Assembly: GCA_965232515.1 (NCBI GenBank)
Contig: CBDDPY010000002.1
Coordinates: forward strand, 5,440,001-5,504,000
Length of the DNA: 64,000 nucleotides
Direction: 5' to 3'
Source: Alphaproteobacteria bacterium
Lineage (GTDB): Bacteria > Pseudomonadota > Alphaproteobacteria > GCA-2731375
Below, one piece after another: positions 51,427 through 61,181 of this stretch (positions are counted from its first letter, which is position 1; every line of letters begins with the position of its first letter). A program made the position numbers and the translations under genes. The notes under the pieces are model-generated. The model ran no database searches and had not been told where the DNA came from. It saw only the letters and a list, made by a program, of their open reading frames with translations.

Positions 51427-53412
51427 ATGAAGCCGACCGACACCCCAGGTGTATCTCGCGCTGAAGCCTACGAGCTTTCCGAAGATACGCCGACCAACCC
51501 TTCAACCATGCCGACAATGGGCGACATCATCGCCAAGCGGCTCGACCGGCGCACGGTGCTGCGCGGCGCGCTGACGACGACGGCGCTCGCCGCCACGGTC
51601 GGCCCGCTGGTCACGCTCGGCAGCAAGACGGCGCAGGCCAAAGGTCCGTCGTTCGATTTCGAAGAAATCCAGCACGGCGTCGACGAGACGCACCATGTCG
51701 CGCCGGGCTACGACGCCGACATCCTGATCCGCTGGGGCGACAAGCTGGCCCCGGATGCGCCCGACTTCGATCCGATGAACCAGACCGCCGCGGCGCAGGA
51801 ACAGCAGTTCGGCTACAACAACGACTATCTCGGCTTCGTGCCGCTGAACGACGACGGCAGCCGGGCGCTGCTCTGCGTCAACCACGAATACACCAACGAA
51901 GAGCTCATGTTCCCGGGCCTCGGCCGGCAGGACAAGATCGATTTCGTTGGCATGACCGAGGAACTGGTCAATATCGAGATGTCGGCGCACGGCGGTTCGG
52001 TCGTCGAGGTCGAGAAGACCGGCGGCAAATGGCAAGTCGTCCTCGACAGCAAGTACAACCGCCGGCTGACGATGCGCACCACCGAGATGGCGCTCAGCGG
52101 GCCTGCCGCCGGACACGACCGTCTGAAGACATCGGCCGACGCGACGGGACGTCGGGTGATCGGTACGCTCAACAACTGCGCCGGCGGCATCACGCCCTGG
52201 GGTACCTACCTGATGGCCGAGGAGAACTTCCACGGCTATTTCCAGGGCGATATTGCCGGCAGTACCGAGGAGCGCAACCACAAGCGCTATGGCGTGCCGG
52301 GTGGCTGGTACGGATGGGCCAAGTTTCACAAGCGCTTCGACGTCAGCGCCGAACCAAACGAGCCGAACCGGTTCGGCTGGGTCACCGAGGTCGATCCGAT
52401 GGATCCAAGCTCGATGCCGAAAAAGCGCACGGCGATGGGGCGCTTCAAGCACGAGGGCGCCGAGAGCATTGTCAACGCCGACGGTCGCGTCGTGGTCTAT
52501 TCCGGCGACGACCAACGCTTCGACTATCTCTACAAGTTCATCTCGGCCGGCCGTTACAATCCGGACGATCGCGCGGCCAACATGGACCTGCTGGATGACG
52601 GCACGCTGTACGTCGCCCGGTTCAACGAGGACGGCACGATGGACTGGCTGCCGCTGGTCCACGGTCAGGGCCCGCTCACGGCCGAGAATGGCTTCAACAG
52701 CCAGGCCGATGTGCTGATCGAGACCCGGCTGGCGGCGGACCTTCTGGGGGCGACGCCGATGGACCGGCCCGAGGACGTCGAGCCGAATCCGGCCACCGGC
52801 AAGGTCTATGTGATGCTGACCAACAACAGCAAGCGCAAGAGCGATGCGGTGGACGCCGCCAATCCGCGCGGACCCAACACCTTTGGCCATATCGTCGAAC
52901 TGATCCCGCCGGACGGCGATCACACCGCCGCGGCCGGCAAGTGGGAGATCCTGGTCAAGTGCGGCGACCCGTCGGTGGCCGAGGTCGGTGCGCTCTGGAA
53001 TGCCGCGACCACCGAGAACGGCTGGTTCGCCTCGCCCGACAACTGCGCCGTCGACGCCAAGGGCCGGCTCTGGATCAGCACCGACCAGGGCAGCGGCTGG
53101 GCCAAGACCGGCACCGCCGACGGCGTCTGGGCGATGGAGACCGAGGGCGAGCTGCGCGGCACCGGCAAGATGTTCTTCCGTGTGCCGGTGGGCGCCGAGA
53201 TGTGCGGGCCGAAGTTCACGCCGGACGGCCGAGCCCTGTTCGTCGCCGTGCAGCACCCCGCGGCCGACGGCGCCAAGGCCTACGAGCCGTTCGGCAAGAA
53301 CTCGACCTTCGAGGAACCGGCGACGCGTTGGCCGGACTTCAAGGACGACATGCCGGTGCGGCCGTCCGTCGTCGTCATCACCAAGCAGGACGGCGGCGCG
53401 ATTGGCGGCTGA
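51427..53412 (+). CDS. phoX: PhoX family alkaline phosphatase (Tat-exported)
   Basis: DRRTVLRG Tat motif; NHEY, NNCAGG.TPWGT, GRFKHE, DRPED, PDN, VQHP. Confidence 0.93.
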   Translation: MKPTDTPGVSRAEAYELSEDTPTNPSTMPTMGDIIAKRLDRRTVLRGALTTTALAATVGPLVTLGSKTAQAKGPSFDFEEIQHGVDETHHVAPGYDADILIRWGDKLAPDAPDFDPMNQTAAAQEQQFGYNNDYLGFVPLNDDGSRALLCVNHEYTNEELMFPGLGRQDKIDFVGMTEELVNIEMSAHGGSVVEVEKTGGKWQVVLDSKYNRRLTMRTTEMALSGPAAGHDRLKTSADATGRRVIGTLNNCAGGITPWGTYLMAEENFHGYFQGDIAGSTEERNHKRYGVPGGWYGWAKFHKRFDVSAEPNEPNRFGWVTEVDPMDPSSMPKKRTAMGRFKHEGAESIVNADGRVVVYSGDDQRFDYLYKFISAGRYNPDDRAANMDLLDDGTLYVARFNEDGTMDWLPLVHGQGPLTAENGFNSQADVLIETRLAADLLGATPMDRPEDVEPNPATGKVYVMLTNNSKRKSDAVDAANPRGPNTFGHIVELIPPDGDHTAAAGKWEILVKCGDPSVAEVGALWNAATTENGWFASPDNCAVDAKGRLWISTDQGSGWAKTGTADGVWAMETEGELRGTGKMFFRVPVGAEMCGPKFTPDGRALFVAVQHPAADGAKAYEPFGKNSTFEEPATRWPDFKDDMPVRPSVVVITKQDGGAIGG

Positions 53413-53444
53413 CGCCAGCGTCAATTCTCCAACCGACTTCTCCC

Positions 53445-53481
53445 GCCCCGCCCGGCGATCCGCCGGGCGGGGCTCTTCTTT
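53445..53481 (+). terminator. Intrinsic terminator after phoX
   Basis: GCCCCGCCCGGCG-ATC-CGCCGGGCGGGGC followed by TCTTCTTT. Confidence 0.8.
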
Positions 53482-53586
53482 GCCGCGATTGCTTTGTCGC
53501 CGGCCGGTTTCCGCTGCTATTGTGATGCCGGAACGCTGGCGATTCGTGGGGGCCGGCAAGACAAAAGGGCTACGAGGGGAGCTGAC

Positions 53587-54480
53587 ATGCGTTGGGTATT
53601 GCACCTGGCGTCGATCGGGATCGCGACGGGCGTGCTGGCGGCCTGCGCGACGACCGATCCGGACGCCATTGCCGAAATGGAAGTCAAGGGCGGCGGGTTC
53701 GAGAAGGCGCTGCATGCGCAATATGTCCGGTTGGCCCGGACCGAACGCGAGAAGCTCGACTGGCGCGACAGCGACCATTTCGCCGGCAAGGCGCAGATCG
53801 TGGCGAACACAGGCGCCGTCGAGCCGGACGTGATCATTGCCAGCAAGTTGCCGGACGACAAGGTCGCCGACCTGGTGGCGGCGCGCGGGCGTCTGACCGA
53901 TGCGCTATCCGGTGGCGGCAGCAAGAAGGCGCCGTTCGCGGCGGCCCGGGCGCAGACATCGTTCGATTGCTGGATGAAGGCGCAGGAAGACTTCCTCGCT
54001 TCGGACCAGATCGCCGACTGCCGGCAGCAATTCGAGGCCGCGATGGCCGCGCTCGACAAGGCCATGGCGGTTCAGCCCGTGGCCGAGGAGGCGCCGAAGC
54101 CGGCGCCGACGCCCGCGCCGGCACAACAGGCCGCCGCGGCGCCGGATGTCGACGGCTTGTACATCATCTTCTTCGATCTCAACGACACCGAGCTGAACGC
54201 GGCCGGCCGGCAGGTGATCGAGAAGGTTGCCGCGGACTTCGCGCTGGCCAAGCCCGAACGGGTCGTGATCGCCGGCCATGCCGACAAATCCGGAACGCTC
54301 GCTTATAACCGCGACATTTCGCTGCGCCGGGCGCAGAACGTGGCGCACGCGTTGATCGTCGCCGGCATGCCGTCCGAGCCGTTGATGTTGGAGGAGTTCG
54401 GCGAGAGCAAGCCGCTGCGCGCCACCGACGACGGCGCCGCCGAAGGCAAGAACCGGCGCGTCGAAATCGTGTTCTTCTAG
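53587..54480 (+). CDS. OmpA family lipoprotein
   Basis: Lipobox LAAC; GHADKSG..YN..ISLRRA; NRRVEI. Confidence 0.9.
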   Translation: MRWVLHLASIGIATGVLAACATTDPDAIAEMEVKGGGFEKALHAQYVRLARTEREKLDWRDSDHFAGKAQIVANTGAVEPDVIIASKLPDDKVADLVAARGRLTDALSGGGSKKAPFAAARAQTSFDCWMKAQEDFLASDQIADCRQQFEAAMAALDKAMAVQPVAEEAPKPAPTPAPAQQAAAAPDVDGLYIIFFDLNDTELNAAGRQVIEKVAADFALAKPERVVIAGHADKSGTLAYNRDISLRRAQNVAHALIVAGMPSEPLMLEEFGESKPLRATDDGAAEGKNRRVEIVFF

Positions 54481-54499
54481 CATCGGGGGAGTCGGCCTC

Positions 54500-55507
54500 A
54501 TGGCGGCGACGGTCCCGCTGATTGACATCGCGCCCTACCGCATGGGCGGACCGGAAGAAAAGCAACGCGTCGCGGCCGCGATCGACGGCGCCTGCCGCGA
54601 AATCGGTTTTCTGGTCGTCGAGGGCCATGGCGTCGATCCTGATCTGATCGCCGAGATGCATCGCGTCAGCCATGCCTACTTCGCCCGGCCGTTCTGGGAG
54701 AAGATGCGCTTCAAGATGCCGCCGGACCGCTATCGCGGCTACACGCCCTACGGCGCCGAGAGCCTGTCCTACAGCCTGGACGAGGTCGCGCCGCCCGATT
54801 GGAAGGAATCCTTTTCCATCGGCCGTTTCGGCCATGCCTATGACGCCTATCATTTCGGGCCCGCCGGCGCGCGCTATTTCGCGCCGAACTTCTGGCCGGA
54901 CGAGCCCGCCGACATGCGGCCGATCTGGGAAGCCTATTACGGCGAGATGGAGCGGCTGGCGACGGATCTGATGCGGCTGTTCGCGCTCGGCCTCGACCTC
55001 GACGAGCATTGGTTCGACGACAAGATCGACCGCCACATCACCAACTTCTCGGTGATCCACTATCCCGGCCAGACCGACGCCGCGCCGAAACCGGGCCAGC
55101 TGCGCGCCGGCGCCCATTCCGACTACGGCAGCCTGACGATCGTCCATACCGACACCGATGTCGGCGGGCTCGAGGTCCGGCGCCGCGACGGCGATTGGGA
55201 AACCGTGCCCTGCATCCCGGGCGCCTTCGTGGTCAATCTCGGCGACCTGATGGCGGAGTGGACCAACGACCGCTGGGTCTCGACGCTGCATCGCGTCGCC
55301 AATCCGCCGCGCGACCGTGCCGCCGAGAGCAAGACCTCGCTCCTGTTCTTCCACCAGCCCAACTACGATGCTGTCGTCGAGTGCATCCCCACCTGTGCCG
55401 GCCCCGACAACCCGCCGAAATACGAGCGCACGACGTCGGGCGAGCACGTCACCATGAAGATCAACAAGCACCGCACCGTCGACGCCACGATCAAGCCCGA
55501 CGAATGA
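54500..55507 (+). CDS. Isopenicillin N synthase-like 2OG-Fe(II) oxygenase
   Basis: GFLVVEGHG, HSDYG, NLGD, STLHRV. Confidence 0.92.
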   Translation: MAATVPLIDIAPYRMGGPEEKQRVAAAIDGACREIGFLVVEGHGVDPDLIAEMHRVSHAYFARPFWEKMRFKMPPDRYRGYTPYGAESLSYSLDEVAPPDWKESFSIGRFGHAYDAYHFGPAGARYFAPNFWPDEPADMRPIWEAYYGEMERLATDLMRLFALGLDLDEHWFDDKIDRHITNFSVIHYPGQTDAAPKPGQLRAGAHSDYGSLTIVHTDTDVGGLEVRRRDGDWETVPCIPGAFVVNLGDLMAEWTNDRWVSTLHRVANPPRDRAAESKTSLLFFHQPNYDAVVECIPTCAGPDNPPKYERTTSGEHVTMKINKHRTVDATIKPDE

Positions 55508-55524
55508 CAGCGCCACTAACCGCC

Positions 55525-55603
55525 ATCCTGGCCTTCGCCAGGATGACGGTAAGGGCTTGAAGTTAATCACAATTCGTCTTTGCCGGGCTTGACCCGGCAA
55601 TCC
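55525..55603. repeat. Two back-to-back REP-like hairpins between convergent genes
   Basis: ATCCTGGC-CTTC-GCCAGGAT-GACG (55525-55548) matches the arm at 15516-15539; CGTCT-TTGCCGGG-CTTGA-CCCGGCAA-TCC (55575-55603). Confidence 0.75.
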
Positions 55604-55609
55604 GGTTGA

Positions 55610-56056
55610 TCAGCCGCCGGACTCGCCGACCAACGCTTCGGCCAGGCCGATGACGCGCGTCGTCTCCCGCCACAGGTCGTAGACGTCGAGGCCGGTGCGC
55701 GGGGCCCAACATACGCCGGCCGCGTCGCTCCCGGCCCGCGGCTCGCCGGCGCGCCACACGGCGGCCACGTCGATCAGCGTGTAGTGGTAGCGCACGCGGC
55801 CGCTCTCGTCGCGCTGGATCGAGTCGACAGTGTCGATCAGGCCGACGATGTCGATGTCGACGCCGGTCTCTTCCGCGACCTCGCGTCGCGCCGCCTCGTG
55901 CACGGTCTCGCCCAGTTCCTGCACGCCGCCCGGCAGGCTCCACTGGCCCTGCCGCGGCGGCTTGCCGCGCTGGATCAACAGCACCTCAGGGCCCTTGAAG
56001 ACGACGATGCCAATGCCGACGATCGGTCGGTCGGGATAGCTGCGGTCGTCGGTCAT
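55610..56056 (-). CDS. NUDIX hydrolase
   Basis: Nudix box GGVQELGETVHEAARREVAEETG. Confidence 0.93.
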   Translation of the reverse strand: MTDDRSYPDRPIVGIGIVVFKGPEVLLIQRGKPPRQGQWSLPGGVQELGETVHEAARREVAEETGVDIDIVGLIDTVDSIQRDESGRVRYHYTLIDVAAVWRAGEPRAGSDAAGVCWAPRTGLDVYDLWRETTRVIGLAEALVGESGG

Positions 56057-56065
56057 CGCGGCCGG

Positions 56066-57760
56066 TCAGTCGTCCGCCGCGTCGCCGTAGTGACGCCGCA
56101 GATAGGCATCGCTGAACTTGCCGCTGGCACGGTCTTCCGCCAACAGGGCTGGGTCGCGTTCGCCCGGCGGACCGTAGCCGCCGGCGCCCGGCGTCTCCAC
56201 GACGACGGCGGCGTCGGGGCCGATAACGATTCCGGCCGGCTTGTCCTCCAGCGCTTCGTCGCCGTCCGCTCTGCGCAGCAGGAACCGGCCGGTGGCGCCA
56301 TCGCCGCCGCCGAAGATGCCCCAGGGCCGGTGCTGGAAGCGCTCGCCCATGCCGTTGAACACGGTCTCGTGGCCGACCGGGCGGACCACCCGGCGCAGGC
56401 CCATGCCGCCGCGATGCTTGCCGGGGCCGCCGGAATCCTCGATCAGGCCGTAACTCTCGACCAGCAGCGGATATTCCATTTCGATGGCTTCCACAGGCAG
56501 GTTCGAGGTGTTGGTGATATGCACCTGCACGCCGTCCTTGCCGTCCCTATGGGCGCGGCCGCCGAAGCCGCCGCCCAGCGTCTCCAGATAGACATAGTCG
56601 CGTCCGGTCTTGGGGTCGGCGCCGAAGAACACGGCCGTCACGTTGGCGCCGTTGGCGGCGCCAACGGCCTGTTCCGGCAATGCCTGGGCCAGCGCGCCGA
56701 TCAGCACGTCGATGATGCGCTGCGCGGTGTTCGCTCGGCCGGCGACTGCCGCCGGGAAGCTGGCGTTGACGATTGTGGCCGGCGGCGCGGTGATGTCGAC
56801 GGCGCGGATCAGGCCGTCGTTGTTCGGGATCTCGGGGTCCAACATGCCTTTCAGCACGTAGTAGACCGCCGATTGCGTGGCGTTCAGGGTGACGTTGACG
56901 TTGCCCTTGACCTGCGCGCCGCTGCCGTCGAAGTCAAAAGCAATGCGGTCGCCGGCGACGTCGACGCGCACGGCGATGGCGATGTCCTCGGCGCCCATGC
57001 CGTCGTTGTCCAACACGTCGCGGAAGCTGTAGCTGCCGTCGGGAATGCCGCGGATGGCCTCGCGGATGCGGTTTTCGGTGCGGTCCATGATCGCCGTGAA
57101 GCCGGCCGCCAGCGTCTCGAAATCGTAGCGCTCGGCCAGCTCCAGCACCCGCCGCGTGCCCAGCTTGCAGGCCGCGACCTGGGCGAAATAGTCGCCGCGC
57201 CGCTCCTCGGGCACACGCACGTTCAGCAGCAGCAGGTCGAAGACGTCGCGCACCAGCTCGCCGCGGCTGAACAGTTTGACCACGGGAATGCGCAGGCCTT
57301 CCTGGTAGATCTCGGTCATGCCGCCGGCCATGCTGCCGGGCGACATGCCGCCGATATCGGCGTGATGCGCCAGGTTGCACATGAAGCAGAGCAGCCGGCC
57401 CTCCAGGAACACGGGCATGGCCAGATTCACGTCCGGCAGGTGCGTGCCGCCGCCGGCATAGGGATCGTTGGCCACGAAGATGTCGCCTTCGCGGATCTCG
57501 TCGGCCGGAAATTTTTCCAGCAGCTTCTGCATCAGCCCCAGCATCGAGGCGAGATGCACCGGCAGGGAGTTCTCGGCCTGCACGATCAGCCGGCCCTGCG
57601 GATCCATCAAACAGGTCGAATGGTCCCGCCGCTCCTTGATGTTGGTGGAGTAGGCGGCCTTGGTGATGGCGATATAGGTCTCGTCCGTGATCGAGCGCAG
57701 GCCGTTGAACAGGATCTCCAACGTGATCGGATCGACCGTCATAGCGGGTTTATCGCTCAT
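56066..57760 (-). CDS. Hydantoinase B/oxoprolinase subunit
   Basis: AYSTNIKERRD, NDPY.GGTHLPD, HHADIGG, PGAGGYG. Confidence 0.92.
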   Translation of the reverse strand: MSDKPAMTVDPITLEILFNGLRSITDETYIAITKAAYSTNIKERRDHSTCLMDPQGRLIVQAENSLPVHLASMLGLMQKLLEKFPADEIREGDIFVANDPYAGGGTHLPDVNLAMPVFLEGRLLCFMCNLAHHADIGGMSPGSMAGGMTEIYQEGLRIPVVKLFSRGELVRDVFDLLLLNVRVPEERRGDYFAQVAACKLGTRRVLELAERYDFETLAAGFTAIMDRTENRIREAIRGIPDGSYSFRDVLDNDGMGAEDIAIAVRVDVAGDRIAFDFDGSGAQVKGNVNVTLNATQSAVYYVLKGMLDPEIPNNDGLIRAVDITAPPATIVNASFPAAVAGRANTAQRIIDVLIGALAQALPEQAVGAANGANVTAVFFGADPKTGRDYVYLETLGGGFGGRAHRDGKDGVQVHITNTSNLPVEAIEMEYPLLVESYGLIEDSGGPGKHRGGMGLRRVVRPVGHETVFNGMGERFQHRPWGIFGGGDGATGRFLLRRADGDEALEDKPAGIVIGPDAAVVVETPGAGGYGPPGERDPALLAEDRASGKFSDAYLRRHYGDAADD

Positions 57761-59805
57761 GCGCCGATCTCCACGATCAGATTGCCGGCGGCGTCGACGC
57801 GCAGGTCGTCGCCGGGAAAAAGCAAGGTGGTGGTGTCGAGCTGGTCGACGATCGCCGGCCCGGTGATGCGGTGACCGGGCGCCAGCACCGTGCGATCGAA
57901 TACCGGCGTCCGTTCCACCGTCTCGGCCGTGAACCGCACGTCGCGCCGTTCGAACGGTTCGGGCGATCCGTCCGGATCGCCGGCCACGGCCGGCGCGTCG
58001 TCATGCCGCAGCCTGACCACGGCGGTCAGTCGCACATTGACGATCTCCACCGGGTCGTCGGGATTGTGAAAGCCGTAACTGCGGTCGTGCACCGCGAAGA
58101 ACCGTCGGCGCAGCTCGTCGGCGTCCGCCGCCTGCGCCGCCGCGGCGTCCATCTCCACCGCCAGCTCGTAGTTCTGGCCGACATAGCGCATGTCGAGCCG
58201 TACCAGCCGCTCGCGGGCATCGGCTGGCGCCTGCTGACCGGTGAACCAGGTTTCGGCCCGATCGCCGAGCTCGGCCAAAACACGCCGGACCTCGGCGATT
58301 TCAGTGTCGTTGACGCGGGTCAGACGGCTCAGCACGAAGCTCTCGCTGAGGTCCGAGACCACCAGCCCTTGGGCGCAGAGGATGCCCGGCGACGGCGGCA
58401 CGATGAACGATTTTATGCCGAGTTCGCGGGCGACGTCGGCGGCGTGCAGCGGTCCGGCGCCGCCAAAAGCCAGCAGCGCGAAATCGCGCGGATCGTGGCC
58501 GCGCTCGACCGAAATCGCGCGCAGGGCGCGGACCATGTTGGCGACGACGATGCCGATCACGCCGTGGGCGGTGCGTTCGACCGGCATTTCCAGCCGTTCG
58601 GCCAGCGGCTTGAAGGCCTGCCGCGCCGCGTCGAGGTCCATCGGCATGCCGCCGCCCAACAGGCCCTTCGGCGACAGCCGGCCCAGCACCAAGTTGGCGT
58701 CGGTCACGGTCGGCTCGGTGCCGCCGGTGCCGTAACAGGCCGGTCCCGGCGCGGCGCCGGCGCTGACCGGCCCCACCTTCAGCAGCCCGTCGCGGTCGAA
58801 CCAGGCGATCGAGCCCCCGCCGGCGCCGACGGCGTTGATGTCGATACTCGCGAGCCGGGTCGGATAGCCCTCGATCCATCGCTCATACGACATGTCGGCG
58901 GCGCCGTCGCGGATCAGGCAGACATCCGCGCTGGTGCCGCCCATATCCAGCGTGATGACGTCCCGCACGCCGGCGCGCTTGGCGATATGGATGGCGCCCA
59001 CCGCGCCCGCGGCCGGACCCGACAGCGCCGTGCGCACCGGCAGCTCGCGGGCCCGCTCCGGCGACATCAGGCCGCCGGCCGACTGGTTGATGCCGAGCTC
59101 GGCCCGCGGCGTGGCGGCGCTCAGCGCCGCCTCGAAATCGCGCAGATAGGTGGCCATGACCGGCTGCAGATAGGCGTTCAGCACCGTCGTCGACAGCCGT
59201 TCGTACTCCCGGAACTCGGGCTGCGCGTCGGACGAGATCGTCACATGCAGGTCCGGCAGTGCCGCAGTCAGCGCGTCGCGCAGCCGCCGCTCGTGCGCCG
59301 GATTGAGGAACGAGAACAGAAAGCAGATGGCGCAACCCTCGGCGCCGCTGGCCTGCACCTCGGCGATCAGGCGGTCGATCTCGGCCTGGCTTAGCGCTGT
59401 GCGCACCGCGCCGTCGGCCATCACTCGCTCGGCCGCCTCCAGCCGCCGTTGGCGCGGCACCAGCGGCGGCGGATAGTCCTTCTGCAGGTCGAACATATGC
59501 GGCCGGATCTGCCGGCCGATCTCCAGCAGGTCGCGGAATCCCGCCGTCGTCACCAGCGCCAGCTTGCCGCCCTTGCCCTGGATCAGCGCGTTCGTCGCCA
59601 CCGTCGTGCCGTGCGACAGCCGGGCGACCTGGCCCAGGTCGATGTCGTGACGCGCGGCCATCTCCTTGACGCCCTCGATCACGGCCCGGGCCGGATTGTC
59701 GGGCGTCGACGGTGTTTTGTGCACCCGCACCGCGCCGCCGCCCTCCTCGAAGGCGTAGAAGTCGGTGAAGGTGCCGCCGACGTCGACACCGATAATCCAG
59801 CCCAT
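57757..59805 (-). CDS. Hydantoinase A/oxoprolinase subunit
   Basis: DVGGTFTD, HGTTVATN, SGPAAG, DMGGTS, GAGGGS. Confidence 0.92.
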   Translation of the reverse strand: MGWIIGVDVGGTFTDFYAFEEGGGAVRVHKTPSTPDNPARAVIEGVKEMAARHDIDLGQVARLSHGTTVATNALIQGKGGKLALVTTAGFRDLLEIGRQIRPHMFDLQKDYPPPLVPRQRRLEAAERVMADGAVRTALSQAEIDRLIAEVQASGAEGCAICFLFSFLNPAHERRLRDALTAALPDLHVTISSDAQPEFREYERLSTTVLNAYLQPVMATYLRDFEAALSAATPRAELGINQSAGGLMSPERARELPVRTALSGPAAGAVGAIHIAKRAGVRDVITLDMGGTSADVCLIRDGAADMSYERWIEGYPTRLASIDINAVGAGGGSIAWFDRDGLLKVGPVSAGAAPGPACYGTGGTEPTVTDANLVLGRLSPKGLLGGGMPMDLDAARQAFKPLAERLEMPVERTAHGVIGIVVANMVRALRAISVERGHDPRDFALLAFGGAGPLHAADVARELGIKSFIVPPSPGILCAQGLVVSDLSESFVLSRLTRVNDTEIAEVRRVLAELGDRAETWFTGQQAPADARERLVRLDMRYVGQNYELAVEMDAAAAQAADADELRRRFFAVHDRSYGFHNPDDPVEIVNVRLTAVVRLRHDDAPAVAGDPDGSPEPFERRDVRFTAETVERTPVFDRTVLAPGHRITGPAIVDQLDTTTLLFPGDDLRVDAAGNLIVEIGA

Positions 59806-60031
59806 TCTGAGCTCCCCCTCCTTGCTCGGCCCGAGATCGCACCTATCCCGATTACCGGCCGGGCCTGAGATTACCGCGCTGATGCGTTGACGCAAGCGCC
59901 GCCCGACCGGCAAACTTACCGGTACAAAAACGGCCGTTCGTCTGTTAGACCTGTCGCGCCGAACAAAAAAACAACAATCAAGCCGCGCTGCTGTTCGGCG
60001 CGGAATCAGCGTTCCCAACGGGGAGGAGAAT

Positions 60032-61171
60032 ATGCGACCCATCATTTCAACGGCGGCTGCCATTGTCGCCATCACCGGCATTTCGGCGACCGCCATCGCC
60101 GCCGACGTCAATCTGCCGAAACGCATGACCTGGACGGCTTATGGCACAACGGCCTCGGGCTACGCCCAGTCTGTCGCCATCGGCAACGCGCTCAAATCCG
60201 CCTACGGCATGGATATGCGCGTCATTCCGGGCAAGAACGATGTCTCGCGCATGGCGCCTCTGCGCGACGGCAAGGCCGATTTCTGCGCCTGCGGCGTCGC
60301 CGCCTATTTCGGCCAGGAAGGCGTGCTGCTGTTCGCGTCCAACGAATGGGGACCGCAGCCGCTGCGCGTGGTGATGACGGCGATCGGCACCAACAATCTG
60401 TCGCTCGCCACGGCCAAGGACGCCAACATCAAGACCATGGCCGACTTGAAGGGCAAGCGGGTCTCCTGGGTCCGGGCCGGCGACGCGCTGAACTGGAACG
60501 TGGCCGCCAACCTCGCCTTTGCCGGGCTCAGCTGGGACGATGTCGAGAAGGTCGAGGTCTCCGGCTTCAAGGCCTCGGTCGACGCCATTATCAACGGCCA
60601 GTCCGATGCCGCGTTCATGAGCACGGTCACGCCACATGCCAAGCGTCTCGCGGCATCGCCGCGCGGGATCCACTGGCCGCCGCTGCCGCATGACGACGCC
60701 GCCGGCTGGGAGCGGACCATGAAGGCCGCGCCGGTCTATCAGCAGCACGTCGCCACCGCGGGCGCCGATATCTCGGCCGAGAGCCCGCACATGGGCGCGG
60801 TCTATCCCTATCCGATCCTGGTCACGAACCAGAACATGGACGCCGACACGGTCTATGCGCTGACCAAGGGCATCATCATGCAGTTCGACGCCTACAAGGA
60901 CGCGGCGCCGGGTGCCGCCGGCTGGTCGGTCTCGAAGCAGAACATGACCTGGGCGATGCCCTATCATGAAGGCTCGATCCGCTACTGGAAGGAGATCGGC
61001 GTCTGGACCGACGAGGCGCAGAAGCACAACGACATGCTGATCAAGCGCCAGCAGGTTATCGCCGGCGCCTGGAAGCAGGTCGCCGGCATGTCGACCGAGG
61101 ACATCAAGGCCAAATGGCCGGCCATCCGCTCGGCGGCGCTGAAAGGAGCCGGGTTCGACCCCGTCTTTTGA
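60032..61171 (+). CDS. TAXI family TRAP solute-binding protein
   Basis: Signal peptide; DLKGKRV; PYHEGSIRYWKE; adjacent fused permease. Confidence 0.85.
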   Translation: MRPIISTAAAIVAITGISATAIAADVNLPKRMTWTAYGTTASGYAQSVAIGNALKSAYGMDMRVIPGKNDVSRMAPLRDGKADFCACGVAAYFGQEGVLLFASNEWGPQPLRVVMTAIGTNNLSLATAKDANIKTMADLKGKRVSWVRAGDALNWNVAANLAFAGLSWDDVEKVEVSGFKASVDAIINGQSDAAFMSTVTPHAKRLAASPRGIHWPPLPHDDAAGWERTMKAAPVYQQHVATAGADISAESPHMGAVYPYPILVTNQNMDADTVYALTKGIIMQFDAYKDAAPGAAGWSVSKQNMTWAMPYHEGSIRYWKEIGVWTDEAQKHNDMLIKRQQVIAGAWKQVAGMSTEDIKAKWPAIRSAALKGAGFDPVF

Positions 61172-61181
61172 TTAGCCACGG

